A DNA stretch of 64,000 nt from Podarcis bocagei (taxonomy: Eukaryota). Positions 46,044 to 58,265 of the stretch are shown piece after piece. The notes beneath the pieces are model-generated. The model worked only from the letters and a program-made list of their open reading frames with translations, was not told the DNA's origin and did not search any database. Positions within the stretch are counted from its first letter, which is position 1; each line of letters starts with the position of its first letter. The translations under genes were made by a program, and so were the position numbers. The stretch lies in the NCBI GenBank assembly GCA_964188305.1, contig OZ076885.1. The stretch is one strand, 5' to 3'.

Positions 46044-49000
46044 GTAAGTATGCAAGTGCGCTATTAAAAATATTGCGAACTTAGAGCAAGGCACTGAGCA
46101 GAGGAGGTGGGCTTCACAAAAAGGGGTTCAGGGGCTGGGAGAGAAACGTGGACTTGAACAGTTGTTGCTGGTATTTCCCCTAAAGAGTAATAGATATGGG
46201 GGGTGGTTTCTGGTGGGCTATGATTCTAGTAGGCCAAGGAGGACTTGCTTAATTTTGACTCCTGGAGGCAAACCTACTGGGATGTGGTAGGTTCTTCCTT
46301 TGTAGGTAGGTAGTTCTTCAGAGATGCCAGCCACTGCTTATGGCTTATAGCTTAATCTATACTTGTGATATTATACTTGCGGTATTGCTGTTGAAACTGG
46401 TTTGTGCTGACTCCAGCTGTATTGTAGTCAGATCTTCTAGAATTGAATCGGGAACTCTAGAACAGACTTCTTCATATGGCTCTTTTGCATACATACTAGA
46501 TTATACTTAGTCCCCTCAATGAGAAAAGCCTTGCATTAATGCCACAAACTATTTTTATTTATTTGGTTCAAATTTATAACTCCTTTTTTCCTTTCCATGG
46601 GAAACCTGTGATAACACACAATAAAATTACATAAAGTTGTTCAAAACAACTCTGCGGGATGGTGAATGCTTCCCTCTGTGAGGGAACATTCCCAGACCTG
46701 CTGAAAGAGGCGGTCATTAAACCGTTTCTTAAAAAACCATCTTTAGACCCGGCCAGTATGGCCAACTATCGCCCAGTCTCAAATCTTCCATTCTTGGGCA
46801 AGGTGATTGAGCGTGTGGTTGCTGAACAACTCCAGGCACGCCTGGAGGATGCGGACCATTTGGATCCCTTCCAACCAGGGTTCAGGCCTCATCATGGGAC
46901 TGAAACTGCCTTGGTCGCGCTGGTTGATGATCTCCGGTGAGCTAGGGACAAAGGTGAGAGTTGTTTCCTAGTTCTGCTGGATCTCTCAGCGGCCTTTGAT
47001 ACAATCAACCATAACATCCTTCTGGACCGTCTAGAGGGGCTGGGAGCTGGGGGTACTGTTATACAGTGGTTTCGCTCCTTTCTCCTGGGCCGTGTTCAGA
47101 AAGTGGGGGGGGTGAGTGTTCAGACCCTTGGGCCCTCACTTGTGGGGTGCCTCAGGGTTCCGTCCTCTCCCCCATGCTTTTTAACATCTCTATATGAAGC
47201 CGCTGGGAGAGATCATCAGGAGGTTTGGGCTGGGTGTCCATCAGTATGCAGATGATACCCAGCTCTACCTCTCTTTCAAATCAGAACCAGTGAAGGCGGT
47301 GAAGGTCCTGTGTGAGTGCCAGGAGGCAGTTGGAGGATGGATGGCAGCGAATGGATTGAAGTTGAATCCTGACAAGCCAGAAGTATTGTTTTTGGAGGAC
47401 AGTGGGCGGGCTGGTGTGGAGGACTCCCTGGTCCTGAATAGGGTAACTGTGCCCCTGAAGGACCAGGTGCGCAGCCTGGGAGTTATTTTGGACTCACAGC
47501 TGTCCATGGAGGCGCAGGTCAATTCTGTATCCAGGGCAGCTGTCTACCAACTCCACCTGGTACGCAGGCTGAGACCCTACCTGCCCGCGGACTGTCTCGC
47601 CAGAGTGGTGCATGCTCTAGTTATCTCCCGCTTGGACTACTGCAATGCGCTCTACATGGGGCTACCTTTGAAGGTGACCCGGAAACTACAACTAATCCAG
47701 AATGTGGCAGCTAGACTGGTGACTGGGGGCGGCCGCCAAGACCACATAACACCGGTCTTGAAAGACCTACATTGGCTCCCAGTACGTTTCCGAGCACAAT
47801 TCAAAGTGTTGGTGCTGACCTTTAAAGCCCTAAACGGCCTCGGTCCAGTATACCTGAAGGAGCGTCTCCACCCCCATCGTTCTGCCCGGACGCTGAGGTC
47901 CAGCGCCGAGGGCCTTCTGGCGGTTCCCTCATTGCGAGAAGCAAAGCTACAGGGAACCAGGCAGAGGGCCTTCTCAGTAGTGGCGCCCGCCCTGTGGAAC
48001 GCCCTCCCATCAGATGTCAAAGCGATAAATAACTACCTCACATTTAGAAGACATCTTAAGGCAGCCCTGTTCAGGGAAGCTTTTAATCTGTGATACTTTA
48101 CTGTATTTTTTGTTTCTATGGAAGCCGCCCAGAGTGGCTGGGGAAACCCAGCCAGATGGGCGGGGTACAAATAATAAATCATTATTATTATTATAGAATA
48201 CATTGATACAGGCAGGGATGTTCCTCCAGAGGTAGTTGGACTCCACATCTCATATTTTTTTTCCTATGCTGACAGGACTGATGGGTTTTGAAGTCCAGTA
48301 ATCTCTGGAGAGGGATGCGGGTGGCGCTGTGGGTTAAACCACAGAGCCTAGGGCTTGCCGATCAGAAGGTCGGCGGTTCGAATCCCCCGGACGCCCATTG
48401 CTCTGTCCCAGCTCCTGCCAACCTAGCAGTTTGAAAGCACGTCAAAGTGCAAGTAGATAAATAGGTACTGCTCCGGCGTGAAGGTAAACGGTGTTTCCGT
48501 GCATTGCTCTGGTTCACCAGAAGTGGCTTAGTCATGCTGGCCACATGACCCGGAAGCTGTACGCCTGCTCCCTCAGCCAATAAAGTGAGATAGATGACTG
48601 CTGCAACCCCCCCCCCCAAGTCGGTCACAACTGGACCTAATGGTCAGGGGTCCCTTTACCTTTACCTTAATCTCTGGAGGATTGTAGCTTCCCCTGTTGG
48701 AAGGACAACAGAGATCATTCAGAGTGCAACTTAAGGATGAATTCTATTGTTACTGTTAAAGTGAACTAGGTGGTGGTGGGGAGTTTTACATAGCAACCAG
48801 GTAAGGTGGCATGATCTTTACTAAAACAGTATGTGCTCTGATGAGCTGTGACATCTGATATGCCTTTGCGGTACGCTTAAACACTTTTAACTTATCTTTT
48901 AATTATTTCTACATCAATATTGTAGTTCAAGCTTGTTACCAGGAATCTAGTTTCATGATGGAAGCCTGCAATAAGACCATCTTCTATTCTCCTCCCCTCT

Positions 49001-51855
49001 TTCATTTAGGAGCTGCCTTAAAATGTTATCAGTGTCTGGATGGTATAGGTCCATGTAAAACGAACATCACATGCTCGGGTGATACTGATTCTTGCATATT
49101 GGTAAAGTTGGGTAAGTATGCTGCCTTATTTGATTCATGTGTAACTTGTGATTAAGTACAATTTTTAAAGAACTATTTTCTTTACTTCATTATGGTCAGC
49201 ACTTGTATTTTATGCATTTTTTCCTCCCAACTCACTGAAGTGAGGCCTTTTCTTCAAATTACCGTATTTTTCGCTCCATAGGGCGCACCTGACCATAGGG
49301 CGCACCTAGTTTTTAGAGGAGGAAAACATAAAAAAAATATTCTGAATCAAATGTTGTACTAAACTATTTAAAGCAGCAAAGCGGGTGGCTCCTGTCCGCT
49401 TTGCTGCTTTGAAGCGAGCCTCAGAGGAGGGAAGGAAGGGGAACCATGGCTTATCTAAGTCCAGTTAATAATGCTGAGCCTGATTTTATATGCATCTCAA
49501 AGCCCTTGACATATATACATTATAATGTCAAGCCAAGATAGGCCTCCTGCATAGGAGGAGGGGAGGAGAAAAGAGGGAGCCATCATAGCTCAATGGGGAG
49601 AGCATGGAGAAGATCCCAAGTTCAGTCCTTGAAAGCTTCTCCGGGTAGGGCTGAGGGTGTGTCTCCTGAAACCCAGGTGAGCCTCTGCCCATCAGTGAAG
49701 ACAAAACTGAGCTCAATGGGCTCAGGGGTCCTGACGTGGTACAGGGAAGGTCCCTCTGTTCCTGTTTAAATTAGCCCTTTCTTCAGAACCATGGGGACTA
49801 CACTCTTAGTTTGTTTTTAAAGGGAACAGCTGTAACCTCAGTGGCTTTGCATGCAGAACACCACACGTTCAATCCCCGGCTTCTCCAGGCCTGAAACTCT
49901 GGCAAACTGCTACCAGTCAGTGTTGACATTACTAAGCTAGATGGAGTAGTGGATCCAACTCCTTATAAGGCAGCTTCCTAGGTTCCCATTTATGCTTCAG
50001 ATCTGGGCGTGAGGCTTGCTTTCACTTTTAGTGTCAAGAGGGTGGTTCTTTGCACATCTGGAAGATGACTGTGTCACCTCCCATCACCCTCTTGAAGGTG
50101 CTTTTACAGCTCAGGGGAAAGGGCAGGCAGACGCAGCATCTGTAAACTGTAGCATCCTGAATTAAGGGGGGGAGGGAAAGAGCTGATCTTCAGCTTGAAA
50201 CCAGGACTTGCTCTTTAACCATGCTGCTCCTCCAGCTGCCAATGCCATCCATGTAACCTGTGTGAATATCAAGTGTGGGTTGTGTCCAGGAACCTGGGAG
50301 GATTTCTTTCACATGAGTGCATGTTTTTGTCTTTAAATAAACAGCCCATGCAAGTTTCCAGCTCTTATGGCCATGCCTGGCTGTCTCAGTGGAAATCTGA
50401 GGAGGCTGAGGTGGACTTTCCAGTGGTCAAAGTCTTCCTGCCCTCTTTCCCCACTGAACTCCCGCACCCTGCTTCAAAGCAAGCTACGGAGGGGATTCCC
50501 TCTGCTTTGAAGCAGGAAAGTGGAAGAGGAGCTGCTTACACGAGTGTAAGCTGCTCCCCTCCCACTTTCCTGCTTCAAAGGGAGCCTGGGAGGAGGGAAT
50601 CTGCTGCAGCCTCGAGCAGCGAGGAGGATCCATGGGTCCCTCCTTCCCTCCTCCGTGGTTGCTTTGAAGCAGGAAAGTGGGAGAAGAGCTGCTTACACGA
50701 GTGTAAGCTGCTCCCCTCCCACTTTCCTGTTTCAAAGCGAGCCACGGAGGAGGGAGGGACCAACGGAATCCCCTTCCCTCCCTCCTCCCCGGCTCAGCTC
50801 AGCAGCCACGGCTCTTGCTGGCTTTACAATGAGCCGGAAGGAGGGACAGATGGCAGTCCCTCCTCCCGCCTCCCTGTAAACCCAGCCAGAGCCGCAGACA
50901 CACTGTACGCAGCTCTTGCTTTAAAGGGAGAGCTGCGCAGAGCTTGTCGGCAGCAGCGGCTCTTGCTGGCTTCGCTCCATAAGACGCACAGACATTTCCC
51001 CTTACTTTTTAAGGGGGGAAAAGTGCGTCCAATGGAGCGAAAAATACGGTATTTTAGGGATAGGTTGTTGAGGAGATTGCATTGGTTTAAGTATGGCATT
51101 AGGCAAATTTAATTGTCCTGCTTCTGACTCTTCTCTCCCCATCCTCATTAACATTCTTCATTAATGTTGAGTGATAAAGCATACAAATTACATCTTTTGT
51201 ACTTAAAGAAGTAAAGTAGGTCTTGGATTCAATGTGAAATTATTGTACACATTTTCATTTCCCCTTAATTTTCTCCTTTGCCCCTGTGCAGAGAAGCAAA
51301 TGGGTGTTGGATGGTTACTTTGGCTTGATACTATTGCCTTTGTTACTGGAATAGGAAGCTGGCTGCTTCTTCAAATAGCTCTTGTAAAGTAAAATATCTC
51401 AAAGAAGATTTGGGGGCAAACACATGGTTTATTTTTTTCTTTTTAGATGCTGTCTCTATATTTTTATGACAGTATTTTAAAAGCCACCTTGCGTGTTTTG
51501 AACATAGGCAATATTTTTTAAAATAACTGTAAGGAAGGTATGGAAGACTTAAATAGACATTCTTAAACTCTTCTCCCCCTCCCCCAATTTTCTTGCTCAG
51601 CAGGAAAGCAAACTACTTTCCATAAAATCTTGTCTTTGTGTTGTTGTTTTTTAAGATACTGGAAGAAATATCTCTACGTGCTGGAAATACTCCAACTGTG
51701 AATTTGACTTTATTGAGAAAGAATTCAAGACTGGAAACTTCAGATTTCATTGCTGCCAAAAAGATTTGTGTAATGGCAGCCCAATTACAGCAGGTAGTAA
51801 GATGGTCCTTGGCTTAACTTCTGTGCTGATCGCAATCCAGATGCTCGGCTTCTGA
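45980..51855 (+). CDS. CD59: CD59 paralog B (GPI-anchored Ly6/uPAR protein), 121 aa
   Basis: Exons 45980-46043, 49010-49111, 51656-51855 (64+102+200=366 nt). Protein MKTLVTTVLIATFVLTLFSHFGAALKCYQCLDGIGPCKTNITCSGDTDSCILVKLDTGRNISTCWKYSNCEFDFIEKEFKTGNFRFHCCQKDLCNGSPITAGSKMVLGLTSVLIAIQMLGF has 10 Cys, CWK, CCQKDLCN and a GPI tail. Exon sizes and phases match paralog A. Confidence 0.92.
46650..48194 (+). mobile_element. 5'-truncated L2-clade LINE with RT domain in CD59-B intron
   Basis: NYRPVSNLPFLGKVIE, GFRPHHGTETAL, DLSAAFD and YADD motifs; premature TGA at 46938-46940 and a frameshift near 47105; same 3' UTR and tail as the 31535 copy. Confidence 0.92.
48311..48667 (+). mobile_element. Sauria SINE, full length
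   Basis: GTGGCGCTGTGGGTTAAACC...GGTTCGAATCCC (A/B boxes) ... CCTTTACCTTTACCT; 12-bp TSD TAATCTCTGGAG at 48299-48310 and 48668-48679. Confidence 0.93.
49010..49111 (+). CDS. CD59: CD59-B LU-domain exon (first half)
   Basis: catttag| AALKCYQCLDGIGPCKTNITCSGDTDSCILVKL |gtaagt; 102 nt. Confidence 0.92.
49262..51049. mobile_element. Tc1/mariner (pogo/Tigger-like) non-autonomous element containing a ~1-kb foreign segment
   Basis: TA TSD; 27-bp TIRs CCGTATTTTTCGCTCCATAGGGCGCAC / GTGCGTCCAATGGAGCGAAAAATACGG (25/27 match); internal palindromes at 50490-50740. Confidence 0.82.
51656..51855 (+). CDS. CD59: CD59-B terminal exon
   Basis: ttttaag| TGRNISTCWKYSNC...CCQKDLCN...IQMLGF*; AATAAA at 51954 and 52164; not in the ORF track. 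Confidence 0.92.
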
Positions 51856-52959
51856 TCTGGAGTAGGAAATACTTTGAACAAAAAGAAGTCATTTCATACC
51901 TATTGACAAATAGCCTTGTAAGAGAGAGCACCACACATTGAGAACAGAGACCGAATAAATCAGGGAAAATGGAAAGTAGAATAGCAAAACTTGTTTACTA
52001 CATTGTAGTCACTGCATTGTGGGTTTTTCTTTGTGGTGCTTCATTCTACTTGTAAACTTGTATCACTTTTGTGCACTTCAACTTTTCATAGCGGAGTTTT
52101 TGAATCTAATGAAACTGCCAACTTATTTTCATCTTTTCCTATCTGTAAGACTTTTATCTCAATAATAAAAGTGTCTACTTGACATTTGAACTGCATACCC
52201 TTTCATCATGGGTCTCTGTTTCCATACCACAACTTGCAACCAGTTGCACCCGTAGAAAGCATATTTTTGCTGGCTACTGTCAAATACACTTACGGTTCCT
52301 ATTCTTTCTTCCCAACATGGCTATAAGGAAGTATTTCTAGTGAGGCATATTTCACATGGTGGGTAAGAGTTCAGAAGGCGTTATTTGGACAGTCCTAATC
52401 TCCACTTCATCATAAGTTTCCTCATGCCAATGCTTGCAGTAACCTTGTAGTCCAGTGACCCTGAGCAGCGTCTTGTGACATCCCATTACGGGTCCGAATG
52501 TATTATTGTACTCTAGGATTAAATGGGGCAGCATTTCAGACAATGTTTTATCTAGATCTGCAGCTCACAGATAATATAATAGACACTCACTGTCTAGTGC
52601 CAATTTTTCTGTGTGTTCTATTTAACTTGCCTCCCAACAATCCCTGGAATCTCAGTTCTGCAGCACATGTTTAACTTACCCAACAAGCATGATGGGATAT
52701 TTTATAATTTGCTATACAAACAGCAGCTTGGTTGGTGATGTTTTGTTGCTTTTATACTTGTTTATGCACAACCTTTCACATGTTTAAAATATTTCTAAAA
52801 CCACAATGGTACTCTCACTCAATAAGTCGTGTCCCTTGATAAGGGTTGCTAAATTAGTTGAAATGCTCTCCAACTATGAGTTCAGAGCAATGGTGGGGAT
52901 GTCACTGGCTATTATCAGTGTCACTGGATAACATGAAGGTTACTTGAACACTGCCCAAT

Positions 52960-53229
52960 AGTCCCCTGCTGCGAGAAGCCAAGTTACAGGGAACCAGGCA
53001 GAGGGCCTTCTTGGTAGTGGCACCCGCCCTGTGGAACACCCTCCCACCAGAAGTTTGGTAGCTATTTTTCTCTTTGACATCTAAAGGCAGCCCTGTTTAG
53101 GGAAGCTTTTAATGTTTAATAGATTATTGTATTTTAGTGTTTTGTTGGAAGCCGCCCAAAGTGGCTGGGGAAACCCAGCCAAATGGGTGAGGTATAAATA
53201 AATTACTACTACTATTATTATTATTATTC
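52960..53229 (+). mobile_element. L2 3' fragment, same family
   Basis: GCGAGAAGCCAAGTTACAGGGAACCAGGCAGAGGGCCTTC...GGTATAAATAAA followed by (TTA)-rich tail. Confidence 0.85.
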
Positions 53230-55750
53230 ATCCATGCCAAAGCTGCTATAGGAAACTGGTTCACCAAAGCTGTCATGTTTAAAAGTAGGGACCCATCACA
53301 AATTTTGCACAAGTGGGTAGAAGGAAATGAAGGTCATTTTCAAGGCGACGTGGATAACATGTTGCTACCTGAGACGAAATAGGCTACCTTTAGGAAACTG
53401 CTGCAGCTTGTTTATTAACCTATTTGGATAGGCTTTAAATCAAAACGAAGGCAAGGAGATGTGCTATAAAACGTAACAGAAATGGAACTCCCATGTTGAA
53501 GGCTAAGGTGTTGTAAAAGCACGCAATACCGTAATTAGGGCAGAAACATGACTCTGGACTTCAGTATACTTAACAAGGTACCTAATAATTTTCAATATAA
53601 AATACTATGGTTTAAATTGAAGCCCCCAATTATACATGCAAAGTTATTCAACTCCTCCATGGTGAGTGGATCTACTGCAGCTGGCAATTCCTTCCTCCTA
53701 GAAAAACAACATAAGATTGTGGAACCCATCACAATGATGTAGCACAGGAGTTGCAGCCACCTATCTCTGGAATATGAGTAGCCCCTTGCTTACAGATAAG
53801 TATACTTGCTTGCACAAATAGTTTTAGATCCATGCCCCCCTTTAAAATATGCCTAAAGCAACTCCTTATGGTTAATAGTACAATAATGCTCATGTATAAG
53901 CAAACTATTATTAACAGCTTGGCTGGTAGCCAGATTCTACGCCCAGATTTGTAGGCACAAATCATCCTCTAGAATAAAATAGTTTACTAGGGGAAAGCTG
54001 ATGTCGCCCTTGGGGCGCCTCAGGGTCAATTTTTATGGTAGCCCAAATCTCAGTTGTACGCGTATATGTACAGGTATATATCTCAATTTTAATTCAGGAG
54101 CTACTGCTGCAAACTGCTCCAATTGTATATTTTATCTTTATGAATGCTGTCATTATTGTGTTATACAAGCTGGTCTGACCGTAATAAATTTGTCTATTAT
54201 TAATTAAATTTCTATTCCACCCTTCATCTGGAGATCACATGGAGATTTGCAATAGATTTGCAGTTGGAGTTCACTTAGAAGAGCATTGTTTTAGGCAACC
54301 GCTCTCAAAAAATACATCCATCATGCAGTTCAGTTATTCAGACATCAATGATTCAGTCACTCTCAACCATTTTTCCATGGAATGTTTAACCAAGAGTGTC
54401 TGTTAATGGTTCACTGAGAATGGCTCACTTCTGTTGGGCTGGTGGAATTCTACTGGAAATGTTTACATATTTTACTACAAAACACTTGGAATAATATAAA
54501 TTCATTAATGTTTGCTGAAGTCCTGAAAAAAAATCAGAGCTATTATCAAATTTCACAAATGCATTCCCTGTGTTGCTGCTTATTGTTCATCTGCTCATCT
54601 TATGAAAAAAAATGGTATTACCTTCGTGTTAAGAAAGCATAGTTTTATTTATCTCCAGAAGCAAATGAACTGGCATGCAAATAAAACCGGTAAAAAGCAA
54701 TCAGTAAATCTTTGCATGTAACCTGATCCTGAAATTAGTTATAATTGCAAGATAAAACATCATTAAACATTATAGGCAGGTCAAAAAAAAATAATTTACC
54801 TGAACAAAAAAGCCCTGGGACAACAACTGTGTCCCTGCAAAGTGAACTGCAAAGTAAGGGAGCTGTTATTGAAAAAGCCCTGTAATGGGAATCTGTCTAT
54901 CTTATCCTCCAGGGTAAAGCCTGAGCAGAACCTTATCAGCTGCTCTTGAAAAGGATTACGTGTGGGATAACCAGCCTCATACAATCATCATACTTAAGTC
55001 TGATGAATGCATGAAGGGGTAAGACCATAGAGAAAACGTATCTTGCCAGGCTTACCTCACTTTGGGAGCAACTAGGCAATCAAGCCTATTGTTTTCTCCC
55101 AGTACCTGAGAAGCTCAGTGTGTGAGGTTTCAGCTGGTTGCTCCAAGGCCAGACCGCATGGTTCCAACAAGCCACTCTTGAGTTCCTATACCAATTAAGT
55201 TAGGAATATTCACTACTTCAGAACTAAGCCAAGTTTTATTGCCTGTGCAACATTTTTTTGAATGCTGTATGGAAAAGCACATGAATCTGGCCTCTGTAAG
55301 CAAACCATTTTTAATGTGTTTATATCTTATTGAAAATATTTCAATTAAATGAAATAAAGTGAAGAAATAAAAAAAGGAATAAGTAAACCATTTTAAACTT
55401 ACTGAACTTGTGGTCTTTTTGTATGCTAAGGGAAGAGGGGAACTTTGGAAGGCACTGAGCAGAGCATATTTTAAAGGTCTAACAGCCCATCTTTCCACAT
55501 TTTACTTTGCTGCATATTTTGTGATTTTAAATCTCTGCTGGGGTTCTCTCACCAAAGAGTACTTGCCCCAAACCTGGATCTAGGCATCCAGAAATTCTTG
55601 AGCTCCCAGTATTTGTTGGGGCAAGCCATGACTGTTAAAGTGTATAATATAAGATGTAGGTGTAGCCTTTGTAGAGTCCTCCTTAACCCCTTTCTGTTTT
55701 AACATCCTGAATGTAATTTGATATCATTAGCAAACTTGGCCACCTCACTA

Positions 55751-56050
55751 GGTAAAGGTAAATGGACCCCTGACCATTAGGTCCAGTCGTGGCCAACTCT
55801 GGCGTTGCAGTGCTTATCTCACTTTATAGGCCGAGGGAGCCGGCGTACAGCTTCTGGGTCATGTGGCCAGCATGACTAAACCGCTTCTGGTGAACCACAG
55901 CAGCGCACGGAAACGCCGTTTACCTTCCCACCGGAGCGGTACCTATTTATCTACTTGCACTTTGACGGGACCTGTTTATCTACTTGCAGGGATTCGAACT
56001 GCCGACCTTCTGATCGGCAAGTCCTAGGCTCTGTGGTTTAACCCACAGCG
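55751..56050 (-). mobile_element. Sauria SINE with internal deletion and short duplication
   Basis: Same body and tail; flanked by GCCACCTCACTA and GCCATCTCACTA. Confidence 0.9.
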
Positions 56051-58083
56051 CCATCTCACTACTTAACACCAAATATAGATCATGGGGTGGCCATGGACAC
56101 AGTTTTGAAAGGTAACAGTGACAAATAGCTGGAAGCAAACAACCATTTGGGGAGGGGGTGGCTATGAACACAGCTCAAGATGGCAAATGGTGTTGGAGGC
56201 AACACACAGGTTGCATTAAGAGGCTGAGAAACATAGGTGGGGTTTGGGGGGCGTTGACCACTGATGAAATTTTGAAAGGTAGTGATGACCAAGTTGGACT
56301 TGAAGCTGTAGCTTCTTCTCGATACTCAGCCACACCTGTAGCTTGAGGCAGCTGCCCCAGGAACTGAAGGGGAGGCCCTGGTTTGGTTAAGGTCTTTGTA
56401 AGAAGACTTCAGCTCAAGCAAGACACTGAACACCTCCTTGTAAGGAGCACAGGATTGAGAGGAGATGCTGTTAGGTAAGGATTTCTTACCTTCAGACTGT
56501 GGCTGATGCTCTAGGGAAGTTTATATGGTTCCCCCCCCAAAGGACCCACATGAGTCCCTATATGCTTTAGCTTACACTAAAGCTTGTGCTTGGTCTAAAA
56601 TGATCTTTCTCACAGAGTCCACCTTAGCTTGGCGGTGGGAGGCATTTGACCTTCTCCAGTAGTTTCTCCCCATTCAGAACTGTCAGGTGAGTTCTGGCTG
56701 TTTCTTGGCTCTTGAGGAAACATCCACCAGCTATCATGGATATCTTCCTAATAAATGGCATGGCCAGGCCTGCCTGCTGGGTTTGGCCAGCATTCCTGAC
56801 TATATACACACACACACACCCAGAATCATCCCTCTCTGCAGGAACCTGACCTTAAAGTTGATATCTGAAGTTTTCATTGCATTTGTGTCGTAAATCTGCT
56901 GGAATAACTTCCCTGTGGTAGACTGAGAGCTGTATTGATTGATGGCATCACAGTCTCCTTTTGTTAAGCTTCCTCAGCACTATGTATTTCTTCAGAATTA
57001 ATAGAATCAATGGTAAATAATTTCTCATTGAAGAAAATCTGGGTCCAGACTAGCTGTCTCATTTTCCATTATGTTGAATCTTTGCAGATTCCACAATGGC
57101 AAGCCTTACGCAATGTGTTGTATTGACCTTTCTCAGGCTCTTGTTATCAAAGCTCACTCACAACTAATTAAACCTGGCATGTGATGATTCATCCTGCATG
57201 TTTGTTTCCTTTTCTTGTGAAAACTAGGTGGTTATGAAGCATTTTCATGGCAGCTAGCAATTTAAAATCCCAAAGAGACGACTTCTGTCCCTGTCATTCT
57301 GGTCCCTGCTCCTGTTTTATGATGAAAACAATGGACAGGATGCAGTCATATCCTAACCTCACTTAGGACCGCTTTCTACACAAACCTCTGAAAGATTCCT
57401 TTATTGCTGTCCCAACAATGTCTGAAGTATGTTTGGTGCCCAGGCTGTGGAACTTCCATTGCAGGGAACACCATTTAGCCCCCTCTTTGTTGCTCTTCTG
57501 AACTAAATTTAAGACACCTTTTATTTAAACAGGATTTTGACCTGTCAAGTTTATATGTTCTATCTGCTGTTGTTTTTAACAGGCTGTTTATCTTTTTGTT
57601 GATGTTGTTCCTAGTTGTATGTTGGTTGTTGTTAGCCACGTTGGCCAACGCTATGTAGCAATGGTGATGATAAAAATATTATTCCACCTCCTAAGCAGGG
57701 CAATGTATGCTTGCACACCTATTGGCAAAATCTGTGTGTGTTATATGTGAGGATTGTTAAACCTGCTTTCCCTCGTGCCATGGTCCCAATCCATATCAGG
57801 GTTCCCAGCAGCTATATTTAACCTTTTATAAATCTGAGATCCAGTCATGAATTTCCCACAACCCCATCTTCTTGTGCTGTCAGAATCATACACTGCTATG
57901 CCTCAAACAAACACAAAGAAGTGCCATTTCTTCTATTTCGTAAAAAAATGTTACTTTGGTATTCATTAGTCTTAAGCTTCTTACATGTTTTCCCCAATAT
58001 ACATATTTCTGCATGGACAGTGGATAGCCCAAATAATATGTGTATTGTTTTTAACTATTTGTTAATAACCTTTTACAAGGGGA

Positions 58084-58265
58084 CAAGGGTGCCAGCTTGA
58101 ATAAAATATTGTGGGAGCCCTGGTAAGCCCCATCCCACATAATCACATGACACATTGCACACACACCATTTGAATGGAAATCTCCATCAACTGTGGGAGG
58201 CAGCCCCTCAGATATTTTACTGTGGGAGGCAAAGCCCCCATGGCCCCTAGTAATTGGCTCCTGTG
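58084..58265. mobile_element. hAT MITE about 400 bp upstream of the GCAP2-like ATG
   Basis: CAAGGGTGCCAGCTT...AATTGGCTCCTGTG; TSD CAAGGGGA / CAGGGGGA (7/8). Confidence 0.65.

Noticed and set aside
31535-48194. L2 copies as the cause of the CD59 duplication
   Set aside because: They sit in non-homologous introns (before the signal exon in A, after it in B) and are far more similar to each other than the paralogs are, so they inserted independently and later.
48311-48400. tRNA gene
   Set aside because: The A/B boxes belong to the head of a Sauria SINE that has a body, tail and TSD. The same applies to the SINE head at 43530-43594.
50490-50745. CRISPR-like palindromic repeats
   Set aside because: Vertebrate DNA; only two long units inside a TIR element; no repeat-spacer periodicity and no cas genes.
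50273-51112. 279-aa ORF as a novel gene or transposase
   Set aside because: It runs through MITE palindromes and the right TIR, has no DDE/HTH or other recognisable motif, and starts at a non-ATG codon.
33124-51855. Three-finger toxin (venom 3FTx) genes
   Set aside because: Both keep hydrophobic GPI-anchor tails, CD59 cysteine spacing and CWK, and lie at the FBXO3-CD59 locus. Secreted toxins end near the CN motif.
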